From the NCBI GenBank assembly GCA_023434365.1, contig JAEYSV010000042.1:23546-87545 (forward strand): a stretch of 64,000 nt of DNA, read 5' to 3'. The notes beneath the pieces are model-generated. The model ran no database searches. It was given only the letters and a program-made list of their open reading frames with translations, and was not told the origin of the DNA. Below are positions 47,474 through 58,629 of the stretch, piece by piece. Each line of letters starts with the position of its first letter. Position 1 is the first letter of the stretch. The position numbers and the translations under genes are program-made. This DNA comes from Bacillota bacterium (GTDB taxonomy: Bacteria > Bacillota > Clostridia > Lachnospirales > Lachnospiraceae).

Positions 47474-47529
47474 ATTATAATCTCCTTATTTACATTAAAT
47501 TCGTTCAAATGAACGCAAAATAAATCTTT

Positions 47530-47778
47530 CTATTTCCCCTGCTTAATTTTACGATTTATTATATAAAACAATATATTAGATATTATAAATATCAAAACTA
47601 ATAATGCAAAACGAAGTATGGCACTACGTGGACTATAATATATGACTTGGTAACCTGCTCGGTCTGCCTCCATAAATGGAGAATTCATTATTAAATATAT
47701 ATTTTTTACTGTATAAGATGCTAGGAAAATGAAAAAAACAATATTATATAATCTAATTCCCCTTTTTAGTACTTCCAC
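47530..47778 (-). CDS. Small two-TM membrane protein
   Basis: 82 aa, two hydrophobic segments, overlaps the upstream gene. Confidence 0.55.
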   Translation of the reverse strand: MEVLKRGIRLYNIVFFIFLASYTVKNIYLIMNSPFMEADRAGYQVIYYSPRSAILRFALLVLIFIISNILFYIINRKIKQGK

Positions 47779-48463
47779 TCTTGGTCTCGCCTTCTAAGTA
47801 TGTATAATAGTAAGACAATATGAACATAAATATCTGTATTGTATATATCACGAGTCTTTCTGATAAACCTAATACATTCAATTGCATAGCCATTGAAATT
47901 GGATTAAACATTCCAAACAAAGTAATTAGAATGGCAAAAACCAAAGTAACTTTTCCTAGTTTTTTCATATTCTCCTGCTTCAAATATCCCAATGCAATGA
48001 AGAACGTAGACGCTATTGTTGTAAATACCACTATAACAGTAACAATAATATGCATCGTGTTCTGAAAATTCATCTCAGTCTTATCACCAGATAAAGGAAA
48101 CAAGCTATATCCAAAGGCTGAAGTGAGTTGCATAATCAGCAAAACCACATATCCGATTCTTAACAATTGGTGATACTTAATGAATGCTTTTATAACCAAC
48201 GCTATAGACATCAGAATCATACATATACCATAGATTAATCCAAATATTTTTAATAACTGCGCATTAGGTGCCCCATCTGCAGTAAGTGAACTAATGTCTG
48301 TTGTAATAGGATTATATTCTGACCAAAGAATATTTCCCAATATAGTATGAAGAAAATAAAACAACACACCAATCATTCCTAAAGGTATTATATATTTCAT
48401 TTTCTTGTTCATTTTTAATAACAACCCTAAAACCCTTGTCTTGATAATCATTTTGATAATCAA
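47753..48463 (-). CDS. DUF998-like membrane protein
   Basis: YNPITTDISSL.A.GAP, FPL, MHI, GLSERL motifs. True start may be ~48412. Confidence 0.75.
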   Translation of the reverse strand: MIIKMIIKTRVLGLLLKMNKKMKYIIPLGMIGVLFYFLHTILGNILWSEYNPITTDISSLTADGAPNAQLLKIFGLIYGICMILMSIALVIKAFIKYHQLLRIGYVVLLIMQLTSAFGYSLFPLSGDKTEMNFQNTMHIIVTVIVVFTTIASTFFIALGYLKQENMKKLGKVTLVFAILITLFGMFNPISMAMQLNVLGLSERLVIYTIQIFMFILSYYYTYLEGETKSGSTKKGN

Positions 48464-48617
48464 TCCTTCCTCTTCGTTTTAATGTTTTCTAGCAAAAATA
48501 AGTAAGCCAGGCCGACGGCTTCTTCTTCTGACCAAAATCTCATACTTTATATTTATATAGACAGATTCCGGAATGAGTGTAAGTTTACTTTCATCACAGT
48601 GATTTTTTTTTAACAAC

Positions 48618-49673
48618 CTAATACTGACTCACAATTTTAAGTATATCATCACCATATTTTTTTGCCTTCGCCTCACCAAATCCAGCAACGGACTGTAGTT
48701 CTTCCTTACTTCTTGGCATCTTTGAAATTAAGTCCTTTAATTGATTATCATTGTAGATAAAATAAGGTTTAATATTTTCTTCACGGCTTTTAGCCAAACG
48801 GTATGCTTTCAGTTCTTTGAATAATTCCGTCTCTTCCACAGGTAGTGCAGCATTTACCGTAGTAACTTTGCTTTCTTTTCTAGCTGGACTTACGTCTTGT
48901 TGTTTTTCCGATTTTATGATTTCCTCTTTATACTGCTCATATCTTTCAGTATAATCTTTTACGACTTCCTTATGTAAATGCATATAAGACTGCGCCCATT
49001 CCAGCAATCTTTCATCTGAAACCGTTGATTCTTTGGATTGTTCATACATTTCCTTTATGTATTTAACTAATTGATCTGCACGTATTACCTTCTCCTTTAC
49101 TTCTTTTTTTGCAAACTTCGCATTAAGAACCGTCTTAGGATTAGCTAACACTACTACTGATTTATAAGAATCTTCAAAGTACCTACCCATCATAAACTTA
49201 GTTAGAATATTGCTTTTATTATCAACTTTAATTTTTTTCATTAATTCAAGATGACGCTGATTCTGTGTGATAGGAGAATATATACCTTCTTTTTTCCTTC
49301 TGCTACTAAATTCTGTGGTACGTATAAAATCTCCTGCGCCATTCACTTCAATATCTCCAATAAGATTTTTACACTCAATAACAAAGCAGATTTTCTTTGT
49401 AAACACAAGATAATCAATCTGTGCGCTCAAATCTCCATCTGTAAGATATACGTCATGCAATATATACATAGGCATATGGCTATTTTTCAGTTCAAAAGCT
49501 ATATTCTTTTCCCCTGCTATTCCATACTCTAGACATTTAATATCTTGCCTTATAATAACTTGTCCTTCTTTATTAAGTAATGGCTCTAAATCTTTCAATG
49601 TTTCTAATTGTGCTTCCGCATTACTATTCTCCTTAAGAAAGATAGGTTCTTTCATTTTATTAAATAACCCCAT
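48618..49673 (-). CDS. NERD nuclease-related domain + HRDC domain protein
   Basis: GIAGEK, QIDYLV, IECKN, SPITQNQRH (NERD). C-terminal LKAYR...PYFIYND..L...P.S.EEL..V.GFG..K..KYG (HRDC). Confidence 0.88.
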   Translation of the reverse strand: MGLFNKMKEPIFLKENSNAEAQLETLKDLEPLLNKEGQVIIRQDIKCLEYGIAGEKNIAFELKNSHMPMYILHDVYLTDGDLSAQIDYLVFTKKICFVIECKNLIGDIEVNGAGDFIRTTEFSSRRKKEGIYSPITQNQRHLELMKKIKVDNKSNILTKFMMGRYFEDSYKSVVVLANPKTVLNAKFAKKEVKEKVIRADQLVKYIKEMYEQSKESTVSDERLLEWAQSYMHLHKEVVKDYTERYEQYKEEIIKSEKQQDVSPARKESKVTTVNAALPVEETELFKELKAYRLAKSREENIKPYFIYNDNQLKDLISKMPRSKEELQSVAGFGEAKAKKYGDDILKIVSQY

Positions 49674-49934
49674 ATGATAGTTCCTCCTCTTACGTGATAT
49701 ATAGTAATATTATATCATGTGCCACTTCTAATTTGTACCATGATTTTACACTTTAGAGCATAATAAGATTGTATGAAAGTAAAGAAGAAAGTGTGTATTG
49801 TATACAGAGTATAGAAAACACCTCAAAGAATGATGTCATTAGCTTAGCATAAAAATGCTACATTGTATATGACGTCTTTTTTGAAACATTTACAGACTTT
49901 CACTAGAAAGATTAGTGCCATGCCTGGCATACCA

Positions 49935-49977
49935 AAAAATCACCCAGCCCACAATAAATGTGAATTGAGTGATTTTT
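49935..49977. terminator. Terminator after the surface protein gene
   Basis: AAAAATCAC / GTGATTTTT arms with an imperfect inner stem. Confidence 0.55.
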
Positions 49978-49999
49978 GAATACTTCTTTTGTATATGTA

Positions 50000-52900
50000 T
50001 TAATTTTGAATTTTCTTTTTATTTCCCACATAAAGAACTACGATTGCACTCACTATTACTAGAATTAACAGCCATACATTTGGGCTGTTATCTCCTGTAT
50101 CTGGAATTTGTGTGTCCTGTGAAGGAAACGTTTCATTATCCTTATCTTTCTCATCCGACTGCATATCAGCCGCCTTTATAATAAATGTTGTTTCCACTGA
50201 ACCATCACTGTACACGAATTTTAATTTATGAGTACCTGCTCTCAAGTTGTTCAGGTAATTTGACTTCAGTGTCAGTATGTTACTTACAGACTTTACGGAA
50301 TAATTCACTGTATCCAGTAGTTCACCATCCACATAGATACCGATAAGTTTATCTAAACCACCAGAATAAGTAACCGTAATTGTTCCATCTGTGCCTATGG
50401 TATGAGTTTTGTCTATACCAATGGTTATGGTATATTCAATATCGTGGTCTGTATCTGTCTTAACCGTTAACCTTACAAAACAACTAATATCAGAACCTGC
50501 ATCATTTGTCACAACACATCTGTACTTAAATCCATTGTAGCTCATATCTACTTTTAATATCGTATAGCTAACACCGTTTGCTCCTTCAATATCTACAAAT
50601 CCTTTTCCATCATTGCAATCCACCTGCCACTGATATGTTGGGTCCGGTGTTCCTGTCGCTACAATGCTAAATATCGCTACATCACCGACTAATACTGCTG
50701 CATCCTTAGGTTCTGATGTTATGGATGGGGTAATCATAACTAATGGAATATTCTCATAATTTGCCTGAACTATAACTGCCTCTGCTGGCATTGTAAATGT
50801 AGTAGCTATACTGTTCGCATCAGCAAACGTTACCTCACCGCTTACTACCGTCCAGTTTTTGAACTGCTTTCCAGAAACAGGTTCATTCGCAATAATGGCT
50901 ACAGCCGCACCAGCTACATAAGATGAATCTTCCGTTGTTCCATTCGTTACTGTCACTGCATATTTTGTTGCTGGAATCTTTAGCGTATAAGTAAAGGTTA
51001 CTACATTACTATCCTGCATCTTCTCCTTTACAGCAATTGCCTTAATTGTGATAACTTCTTCGCTTCCTTCTTTTCCTGTAACTGCAATCTTGCCAGTATA
51101 CTTGGTTCCGTTGGTTCTGCTTGGTATACTTCCATCCGTTGTATAGTAAATATCCGCACCTCCTGTAGGAGTTGTCAGTACCAAGTTTTGATTGGTTTTA
51201 TAGAGGCCTGCCGGTAGATTAGCTACCGGTACACCTACAGTTTCTGCCGCATTAACAGTCACCTGAATGGTTACCGTAAGACTCTTGCCGTCTGTATCTA
51301 TACTATCTGGAATCTCAACCTCTCCATTTAAAGTAAATGTCTGCTCGGTGAGCACATTTGGACTATAGCTTCCACTTGCAAGTGCATCCAGATCCCATAT
51401 CACCTTTGCATTAGTACAATGGGAATCCTCTGTACAGATAACAATCTTATCCGGCAAACACAAAGCCTGTGCTGTCTTAACAATCCCATTTGGAAGTGCT
51501 GTAATGTCCGTTGGTGCAGTAATACTGATTAACTTCGGTTTTCTGACTGTTAATACAATGGTAGTTGGAGTTGGTGCTTCGTTCTTGTCCACGCCTTCTT
51601 CCACATTGTTCTGATAAACTTCTCCCTGTGGCTTGTAGACAATTGTCAGTATATAACTTCCTGGATTTATTGTATTCAAATAAGATTTTTTGAATGTAAT
51701 CGTTCCTGTCTCATTGTCTGTTTCATAGTCTGTTTCTTCCGTCAGCTGGGAGCCACTTCCTACCCAGATGCTTCCTATGGTGTTTCCGTTCAATGTCACT
51801 TCTGCTTTTATATCATCTGACACATTCTTTATAAAACTAAGCTCTGTTGTATTCTGCAATGAATCCTGATAAATGACAATGCCATCAGTACCAACATAAG
51901 TCTTGTTATTAACTTTATCGGTTACCTTTGCATAGACAAAATGTTTTCCTATGGTCAGTGTTGGTTTAGAATCTTTATCGTAGGTCTTCCAATTTTCTCC
52001 CGTTAAAGCCTTTACCTCATCTTCCGTTAGTTGAGTACTAGAAACATAGTATTGAACCATATCCAGTCCTGACTCATTATCCAAAGCCGTTATCTGTATT
52101 TCTTGTGTCCCCTTGAAGAATACACCAAATGTAATGGTACTTAGGATATTTGTCCATGACCTGGTCTTTACTGTTACTGTTACATTCGGTCTGACATTGT
52201 CTGTCAGTTTTGTTCCTGTTGCCGTTCTGATATCTGTTGTACCGCAAATACAGCTTCCAGTTTCTGTTCCATCTGCAAAATAAGTTGCATTATTATTATA
52301 GATATAATTTGTGAATATATGTTGTGCCACGTCTGTTTTTTGGTCTGTATGACTGCATGTCGCCGCGTGCCAGTGGTACGTGGTATCGTGGCTCCACTCT
52401 GTGGAAAAGGTATGTTCGCCATCTGGAACAATGATTGAAACATAATCACTTGCTCCCACTCCACTAGCTGCTTTAACACGAATATAATATGTACCTGCTG
52501 TTAATGCGGTAATCTCTGTCCCGGTACAGTCTGTAGTTGTTTCAGAAGTAAATTCTGTTGTAGTACTGTATTCCATATGCGATGTAATACCAGTTATTTT
52601 TCCATCGGATGCCCCTGTATCAGAAGGCTTTATAGGGGTAAGTCCGGTTGGCTCTGCTGCATTTACTGTAATTGTAGCTGTCACAGTTTTATTCTCAACG
52701 GAATCATTGACAATCACCATGTAGGTTGTAGTTTCTGCAGGTGAGACTGTTACTGATTTCCCTGTTGAAAATGCTGTTAATGAAGTTCCGGCATACCACT
52801 GATAAGAATAAGTTCCGCTTCCGCCTTCCGGCATTGCCTCTAGCTCCTGACTGCTGCCTGCAGTTATGGCTGTATCTGCTGGTGTAATTGTTACTGAAAA

Positions 52901-54472
52901 TACACCATTTACCTTAAATGATACATCTACCCTTGCATAGGTACTGTGATTCGTCTCAACTATAATCCCCTCAGAATAAGTTCCTGCTGTCAGACCAGGC
53001 TTTGGCTGTATAGTAAAGGTGGCTATTTCACCGACATCCAGTGTTGTAGCCGAAAGTTCTCCGATATTGTAGCTGATTGATGACGGCTGTGTTAAAGTAA
53101 TTATGCTGTTTCCCTCATTGGTTATTGTTATAGTTTCTTTTGTAGGCTGTGTCATATAGCCCATATTCAGGCTACCAAAATCTTTGCTATTGACATTAGT
53201 TTGAATCGTATACGTTGGATTTACCAGTGTGATTGTTGACGTTCCACTTTTTGTTATATCTGCATCAGCGGTTGCTCTTACAATTAATTCCACTGCACTT
53301 TCATCATCAGCTACAGTTAATACTCCGGTATTAGATATAAATGTTCCACTGCTTGTCGCTCCTTCTACTCTCCAAGTTACGGTCTGAGACGGATTATTAT
53401 GTCCAGTTACAGTCGCTGAAAAACTTGCTGTATTCCCTTTTATGACAGATTGGTCTGATGTGGTAACCGAAACAGAAGTTACACTTGGAGATATAACTTC
53501 CCATGTTGCGCTTAATGAAATATTATCACTAAAACTTGAAATCACATCTCCTGGCTGATATATATTTCCCGCTCCGTCTGACCAGCCCTTAAAAACAGAA
53601 CCATCTTTTTTAAAGCTGCAGGTAGGTGTTATAAAATCTCTTCCAGATATTACAACGCTATCATTCATACTTCCAGTACCACCATTTGTATTGTAGGTTA
53701 CATTATATGTAATGTAATGGCTGGTATCAGGTGATATTACCACATACGTTAATTCTGAATTATTATTAACATCTGCAAATCCAGATACAGCGTTAAGATT
53801 ACTCGCATCTGTTCCTGCCTTCATATTACTATATGTAGTATAAAGATAGGTTGTACTCGCAACGTTTACAGCACCGACAGAACCAATTATCGTAACTGAA
53901 TTACCATTATTAAAAAACCCAATTGTTGAACTACATCTGAATCCATATCCGGCTGTTCCCTGCATGATTAATGAAGCCGCCTGGGTATCGGAACCAATAA
54001 CCATATTTCCACCACCTGAATTGATTTGAACACCAGCGGTACCAATTAGTATGCAATCACCCAATATAACTTCATCGGAATAATCCCCCTGATTCTCAAA
54101 TGCAATCCCTTTGGTTGTATTAATCGTTATATTTTGAAGATGTATATAAGTATGTGATGCTCCTGAGCCTGAGCAATTAAATACAATTCGATCCTCAGTT
54201 GTATTAACACCAGATCTCATGGTTACTTTATAACCAGATGCTGTAATTGTTAATATCCCCGTGGTCTCATTAAAGGCTACGCCATTACCATTAGTCACAG
54301 GATTTCCATCTGCATCCGTCACATAGAAATCCCCATAGATTCCTTCTGATGCTTCGGATGAAACATTTCCAAATGCCTCCAAATTGTTACTTGTGAAAAC
54401 AAGTGCCACTGCCATAACCACTGCAAGGCCTTTTGCTAATTTCTCTTTCATCTTCATATGCTTAACGCTCAT
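50000..54472 (-). CDS. Large sortase-anchored multi-domain surface protein (InlB-B-like repeats, Ig-like, X2-like and Fn3-associated/chitobiase-like modules)
   Basis: Signal peptide, YNVTYNTNGG..FKGW, IYYTTDGSIPS, YQWQ..YRCVVTN. C-terminal IPDTG + TM + KKK. Start MSVKH after AAGGAG. Confidence 0.85.
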   Translation of the reverse strand: MSVKHMKMKEKLAKGLAVVMAVALVFTSNNLEAFGNVSSEASEGIYGDFYVTDADGNPVTNGNGVAFNETTGILTITASGYKVTMRSGVNTTEDRIVFNCSGSGASHTYIHLQNITINTTKGIAFENQGDYSDEVILGDCILIGTAGVQINSGGGNMVIGSDTQAASLIMQGTAGYGFRCSSTIGFFNNGNSVTIIGSVGAVNVASTTYLYTTYSNMKAGTDASNLNAVSGFADVNNNSELTYVVISPDTSHYITYNVTYNTNGGTGSMNDSVVISGRDFITPTCSFKKDGSVFKGWSDGAGNIYQPGDVISSFSDNISLSATWEVISPSVTSVSVTTSDQSVIKGNTASFSATVTGHNNPSQTVTWRVEGATSSGTFISNTGVLTVADDESAVELIVRATADADITKSGTSTITLVNPTYTIQTNVNSKDFGSLNMGYMTQPTKETITITNEGNSIITLTQPSSISYNIGELSATTLDVGEIATFTIQPKPGLTAGTYSEGIIVETNHSTYARVDVSFKVNGVFSVTITPADTAITAGSSQELEAMPEGGSGTYSYQWYAGTSLTAFSTGKSVTVSPAETTTYMVIVNDSVENKTVTATITVNAAEPTGLTPIKPSDTGASDGKITGITSHMEYSTTTEFTSETTTDCTGTEITALTAGTYYIRVKAASGVGASDYVSIIVPDGEHTFSTEWSHDTTYHWHAATCSHTDQKTDVAQHIFTNYIYNNNATYFADGTETGSCICGTTDIRTATGTKLTDNVRPNVTVTVKTRSWTNILSTITFGVFFKGTQEIQITALDNESGLDMVQYYVSSTQLTEDEVKALTGENWKTYDKDSKPTLTIGKHFVYAKVTDKVNNKTYVGTDGIVIYQDSLQNTTELSFIKNVSDDIKAEVTLNGNTIGSIWVGSGSQLTEETDYETDNETGTITFKKSYLNTINPGSYILTIVYKPQGEVYQNNVEEGVDKNEAPTPTTIVLTVRKPKLISITAPTDITALPNGIVKTAQALCLPDKIVICTEDSHCTNAKVIWDLDALASGSYSPNVLTEQTFTLNGEVEIPDSIDTDGKSLTVTIQVTVNAAETVGVPVANLPAGLYKTNQNLVLTTPTGGADIYYTTDGSIPSRTNGTKYTGKIAVTGKEGSEEVITIKAIAVKEKMQDSNVVTFTYTLKIPATKYAVTVTNGTTEDSSYVAGAAVAIIANEPVSGKQFKNWTVVSGEVTFADANSIATTFTMPAEAVIVQANYENIPLVMITPSITSEPKDAAVLVGDVAIFSIVATGTPDPTYQWQVDCNDGKGFVDIEGANGVSYTILKVDMSYNGFKYRCVVTNDAGSDISCFVRLTVKTDTDHDIEYTITIGIDKTHTIGTDGTITVTYSGGLDKLIGIYVDGELLDTVNYSVKSVSNILTLKSNYLNNLRAGTHKLKFVYSDGSVETTFIIKAADMQSDEKDKDNETFPSQDTQIPDTGDNSPNVWLLILVIVSAIVVLYVGNKKKIQN

Positions 54473-54542
54473 AAAAAGACTCCTTTCCATTTCATACTGT
54501 CCTATTCTCAGGATAGCATAAATCAGAACGAAGTCCTTGCTA

Positions 54543-54572
54543 TCTACTTAAAAACCTTATTTTTCTACTTAA
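54543..54572 (-). promoter_or_regulatory. LytTR binding site (9-12-9 direct repeat)
   Basis: TCTACTTAA-AAACCTTATTTT-TCTACTTAA, i.e. TTAAGTAGA-N12-TTAAGTAGA on the coding strand. Confidence 0.8.
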
Positions 54573-54611
54573 TGTTGTATATTTTTTTATTTTTTTTATT
54601 TTATACCATTT

Positions 54612-55880
54612 TTACAAAAGCAGTCGAACCTTAAATATTCCATTTATTGCCAAATAAGAAATATCTCCGCCAACTTTCTCCACAAAGGCACGAACACTTT
54701 CGCTTCCCCTGCCATGACCAGCCTCCTTCGTTACCGGATATCCCTCTTTTGTAAATATCACTTTACCAGAATAAGGATTCTGCACTTCTAAGACTAGCTG
54801 CCCTGTATAAATTGCACGGATAATAAGATATTTATCATATTCAGGATTAAGTGTCTCGCAGGCATGAATTCCATTCTCTATAAGATTTGAAAGTACCATG
54901 GATAGATACAGTTCCGAGTACGGCAATGTTTCCGGAATATCCATCTGAATATCGCAGTGTATACCGCATCTAGCTGCCATTTCAGCGTAGTAGCTTACAG
55001 CGGCATTCACAGTTACATTATCACAAAAATGGGATGGTTTTGCCGGTATTACTTTCGTATGTTCTTCTATCGTAGTCATCGCCTTACCAACTTCTCCTGT
55101 TTGCAGCAATTCCAACAGGGTAGCATATATATGTCTCTGATCATGCTGGACCACATGCATCTGCCCCATCGCATTTTCCATCAGTGAAAGACGTTGCTTC
55201 ATTGCCTCGCCTGAAAGCTCCATCAGTACCTTGTCCTGCTTTAGGCGATATTCCTTTTGCAAGCCAAAAAGACATATAAAAACTGAAATATAAGCCGCCA
55301 GGGTAATTCCTATGACAAGTAACAGTGGAATAGCTTGTTCGGTCAGTGTTTTCACAATATCACCACTGGAAAATACATAATAAGTAAATGTTACCCACAC
55401 GGCCAATGCTACAAAGAAAAATATGTTCCAACGCTCTACCATCTGCCGATAAAGCGGACGTACTTTAAACCTCAGCAGCCAATAGAAGAGGATAAATAGT
55501 ATTAATCGGAACACTACATTAGCGTAAGGTGGATATGGCAATTTTCGTGATACGATAAAGCTGAGTATAATTACAATATCACTAACATTCTGGATTGTAA
55601 TATAACAAAACAGCCATTGCATAAAAGTATCCTTAAATAATGGTTTAACTACAAAGCAAAGTACTGCAAACAACACCATATCTATTTTTGCTAGCATGGT
55701 CAGATTTCCACTAAGATAACAGAATATGGCAGTACCAAGATCTACACTTAACACCCCCATCATAGAAAAGCTGGTAATTCTCCTACCATACCTAGGTTGA
55801 AGCAAAGATAGCATCAGCACTACATTTCCTGTAGTGGATACAATCGCTCTCAGAAAATCCGGCAATAGAGATTGCATCAC
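54612..55880 (-). CDS. Multi-TM GHKL sensor kinase (AgrC/VirS-like)
   Basis: About 6 N-terminal TMs, HDQRH phospho-site, SNLIENGI, GHGRG. Confidence 0.88.
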   Translation of the reverse strand: MMQSLLPDFLRAIVSTTGNVVLMLSLLQPRYGRRITSFSMMGVLSVDLGTAIFCYLSGNLTMLAKIDMVLFAVLCFVVKPLFKDTFMQWLFCYITIQNVSDIVIILSFIVSRKLPYPPYANVVFRLILFILFYWLLRFKVRPLYRQMVERWNIFFFVALAVWVTFTYYVFSSGDIVKTLTEQAIPLLLVIGITLAAYISVFICLFGLQKEYRLKQDKVLMELSGEAMKQRLSLMENAMGQMHVVQHDQRHIYATLLELLQTGEVGKAMTTIEEHTKVIPAKPSHFCDNVTVNAAVSYYAEMAARCGIHCDIQMDIPETLPYSELYLSMVLSNLIENGIHACETLNPEYDKYLIIRAIYTGQLVLEVQNPYSGKVIFTKEGYPVTKEAGHGRGSESVRAFVEKVGGDISYLAINGIFKVRLLL

Positions 55881-56608
55881 ATCACCACCTTTTCAAATCG
55901 ATAGTTCAGATAAGCTTCCCTCACATCGATATACTGTTTACCAGAAATAGGAACAAAGTTACCTCCTTTTAAAGTGAATCCTTCGCGCGTCAGCTTTTCT
56001 ACCCGGCTCATATTCACTACAAAAGAAGCATGTGGAGAAAGAAAACGTTTATCCTTTAAAAGTGGTAGGATATGCTCCCCAAAGTTAACTGAAAGTGTAG
56101 TTGTCATCACCTGTTCTCCTCCCAGCAGCATATATCGTACAGCATGATTCATATATTCACAGTAGATAATCTGCCCTGCATTTAGTGTACGCAGACCCCT
56201 TTTTGTCTTAATTGTTACCACTATATCATTAGAATTCACTTTCAAAAGTGCCAGGGAAAGTGCTTCAAACAGCGTATGCTTATTCACTGGCTTGATTAAG
56301 TAATTCAACGGATTTACCGAATAAGCATCTAATGCATATCCTGGTTCGCCGGTAATATATATAATCTGTGCCTCACGGCTGATGCGTCGGATACTGCGTC
56401 CCACTTCCAGTCCGTCCACCATAGGCATTACCATATCCAAAAGATAAATTTGAATCTCTTCACTCTCACAAGCGGTCAGTAGTTCATCTGGGTGAATAAA
56501 TTGTAGAATCTCCGCAGAGACTTCCTGTTTTTCTATGTACTCATGTGTGATTTCTGCCAACAACGCAAGCTGGTCAGGCATATCATCACAAATTGCAATG
56601 TGCAACAT
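55877..56608 (-). CDS. LytTR-family response regulator
   Basis: IAICDD, LDMVMP, YLIKP, F..PHASFVVN. Confidence 0.92.
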   Translation of the reverse strand: MLHIAICDDMPDQLALLAEITHEYIEKQEVSAEILQFIHPDELLTACESEEIQIYLLDMVMPMVDGLEVGRSIRRISREAQIIYITGEPGYALDAYSVNPLNYLIKPVNKHTLFEALSLALLKVNSNDIVVTIKTKRGLRTLNAGQIIYCEYMNHAVRYMLLGGEQVMTTTLSVNFGEHILPLLKDKRFLSPHASFVVNMSRVEKLTREGFTLKGGNFVPISGKQYIDVREAYLNYRFEKVVM

Positions 56609-57112
56609 ATGTAGTAAACTCCCTTCATTAGTATCCAAAACTGATTTTTTCCAGAGTATAAACTATTCCAAAATGCACTCATCATCATTGAAAATGAGTG
56701 CGTTCTGAACATTTTATCGCTTAACACCTCATAGCCCCCCCAACCAAGCGTTCAATTATCCATGCTGAGATTACAAGAGTGGAATTAATAAACGGAATAC
56801 TATAATCCTTGAAGCCAATTTTCACAAAGTTTTGGCACTGAAAATTCCAGTGATCGGTCGCTGTAATCCATAGAAAAGTCGGTGGTGTTTACAATAATTT
56901 TTATATTTATATTCTTGTCTTTAAACAATGACGATTATTGTTGCTGTTATAGTAGTATTATACTATGCACTACTTCCATTTTATACACAATTTAACATAT
57001 AATAGCATGATATGATTGTATAAAAGTTAAGAAGAAGCTGAAAAATGTCTCCTGTAGACTATATTTTTCTTGAGAGGGACTAAATTATACCATTGAATTT
57101 CAACAGTTATGA

Positions 57113-58588
57113 TTATTTATATACTATCACTAATTTTTCAAACTCTGCGCTATTGTTTCCCACAGCATATAAGCCCAGTACATTTCCGGTGAACCCTCCT
57201 GACACCTCACTGGAAAGGTATTTTGACATTCCGCCGCCAAGTGAAGTTACATTTCCGTTGTCTGAAACTAAAAATTCATAAAAATGGCTATTGGCTTTTA
57301 CTAACATCGTTGTTTTTGGTGATGAAAGCTTAACAGCGTTTTGAATATGCTTGATTCCACCAATATTAAGCTTTAATATTGCCTCAAACCCGTCATTATC
57401 TTTTCTTATAGCAACTTCATAATGCTCGTTCTCACAGGAATAAACAGTAACACCTGCTTCGCCGCAGTCGATTGATACATCAACTGAAAGTTCAAAATCA
57501 AAATCACGCTGACGCAGACATATAAATGTTGGTGTATCACAATCATCTAAAGTAATATCAGTTCCATGCATTATGATTTTATCATCAAACAATTCATAAT
57601 TGCTCATGTTCGGGTGACGCAGATAGCACCAGTCAATTCCCCAGTCCGTGTTTTCAAATGTGTATAGCTTCTTTTCGTTTTGAGTAAAATCCCCTTCGAT
57701 TTCATAGAACATTTCAGCAGTTCCGTCATTACCTGCAGTAAACCAACCGTCATTGTCGAATTGTACAGGAATTAAGAATGTCTCTCTGCCCAGAATATGA
57801 TAAGGTTGCCAAATATGAATCTGTCGAAATCCAAGACATAGAATATGCCAATCACCATTCTTATCACAAATCAAATCTCCATGACCGATACCTTGAATGA
57901 TTTCAGGAGCTTTATTTCGGTTGGTGAGAACAGGGTTGTGAGGATAATTACTAAATTCTCCCCATACCGAATCAGCACGAGCATAAGTAACCATATGACC
58001 ATATTCTGTTCCACCTTCAGCAGCCATCAAATAATATGAACCATTGATTTGATACATATGAGGGCTTTCAAGGTAACGCCCGCCTGAACCCTGCCAGATA
58101 CATTTGCTGTGTGAAAGCTTCTTGCCTGTATCGATATCTATTTCGCATTGAATAACTCCACCTTTACCATATTCATCAACACCATTACTGATAAAATAGG
58201 TATGTCCGTTTTCGAAATACAGCGATGGGTCTATTCCACCTTGGTCAACAAATATTGGGTCAGACCATTCACCATAAATGTCATCCGTATAAACATAGAA
58301 ATTCTGATGAGTGGTATCGTTAGTTGTTACCATATAAAATCTGCTGTCATTAAATCGAATTGTCGGTGCAAATACACCACCTGAACTATTTATTTTGTCA
58401 AGCATAACTTGATTTTTACGAGTAAGAACATAACCAAGCTGCTTCCAATTGATTAAATCATCACTTTCAAAAAGGGGAACACCGGGAAAGTATTGAAATG
58501 AACTGCTGACAAGATAATATTTATCATCAGCAAAACAAACGCTTGGGTCAGGATAAAAACCTTTTATTATTGGGTTAGCGTACTTCAT
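57113..58588 (-). CDS. GH43 beta-xylosidase/arabinofuranosidase
   Basis: NPIIKGFYPDPS, FAPT, IDPS, ESPH, GHGDL, GRETFL. Confidence 0.93.
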   Translation of the reverse strand: MKYANPIIKGFYPDPSVCFADDKYYLVSSSFQYFPGVPLFESDDLINWKQLGYVLTRKNQVMLDKINSSGGVFAPTIRFNDSRFYMVTTNDTTHQNFYVYTDDIYGEWSDPIFVDQGGIDPSLYFENGHTYFISNGVDEYGKGGVIQCEIDIDTGKKLSHSKCIWQGSGGRYLESPHMYQINGSYYLMAAEGGTEYGHMVTYARADSVWGEFSNYPHNPVLTNRNKAPEIIQGIGHGDLICDKNGDWHILCLGFRQIHIWQPYHILGRETFLIPVQFDNDGWFTAGNDGTAEMFYEIEGDFTQNEKKLYTFENTDWGIDWCYLRHPNMSNYELFDDKIIMHGTDITLDDCDTPTFICLRQRDFDFELSVDVSIDCGEAGVTVYSCENEHYEVAIRKDNDGFEAILKLNIGGIKHIQNAVKLSSPKTTMLVKANSHFYEFLVSDNGNVTSLGGGMSKYLSSEVSGGFTGNVLGLYAVGNNSAEFEKLVIVYK

Positions 58589-58629
58589 AAAATCCTCCTA
58601 TTAACCTTAAGTATCAATGGTTATTAATA

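Noticed and set aside
56640..57100. agrD/agrB-like peptide genes for the LytTR system
   Set aside because: Only short broken frames; no AgrD-like peptide with an RBS found
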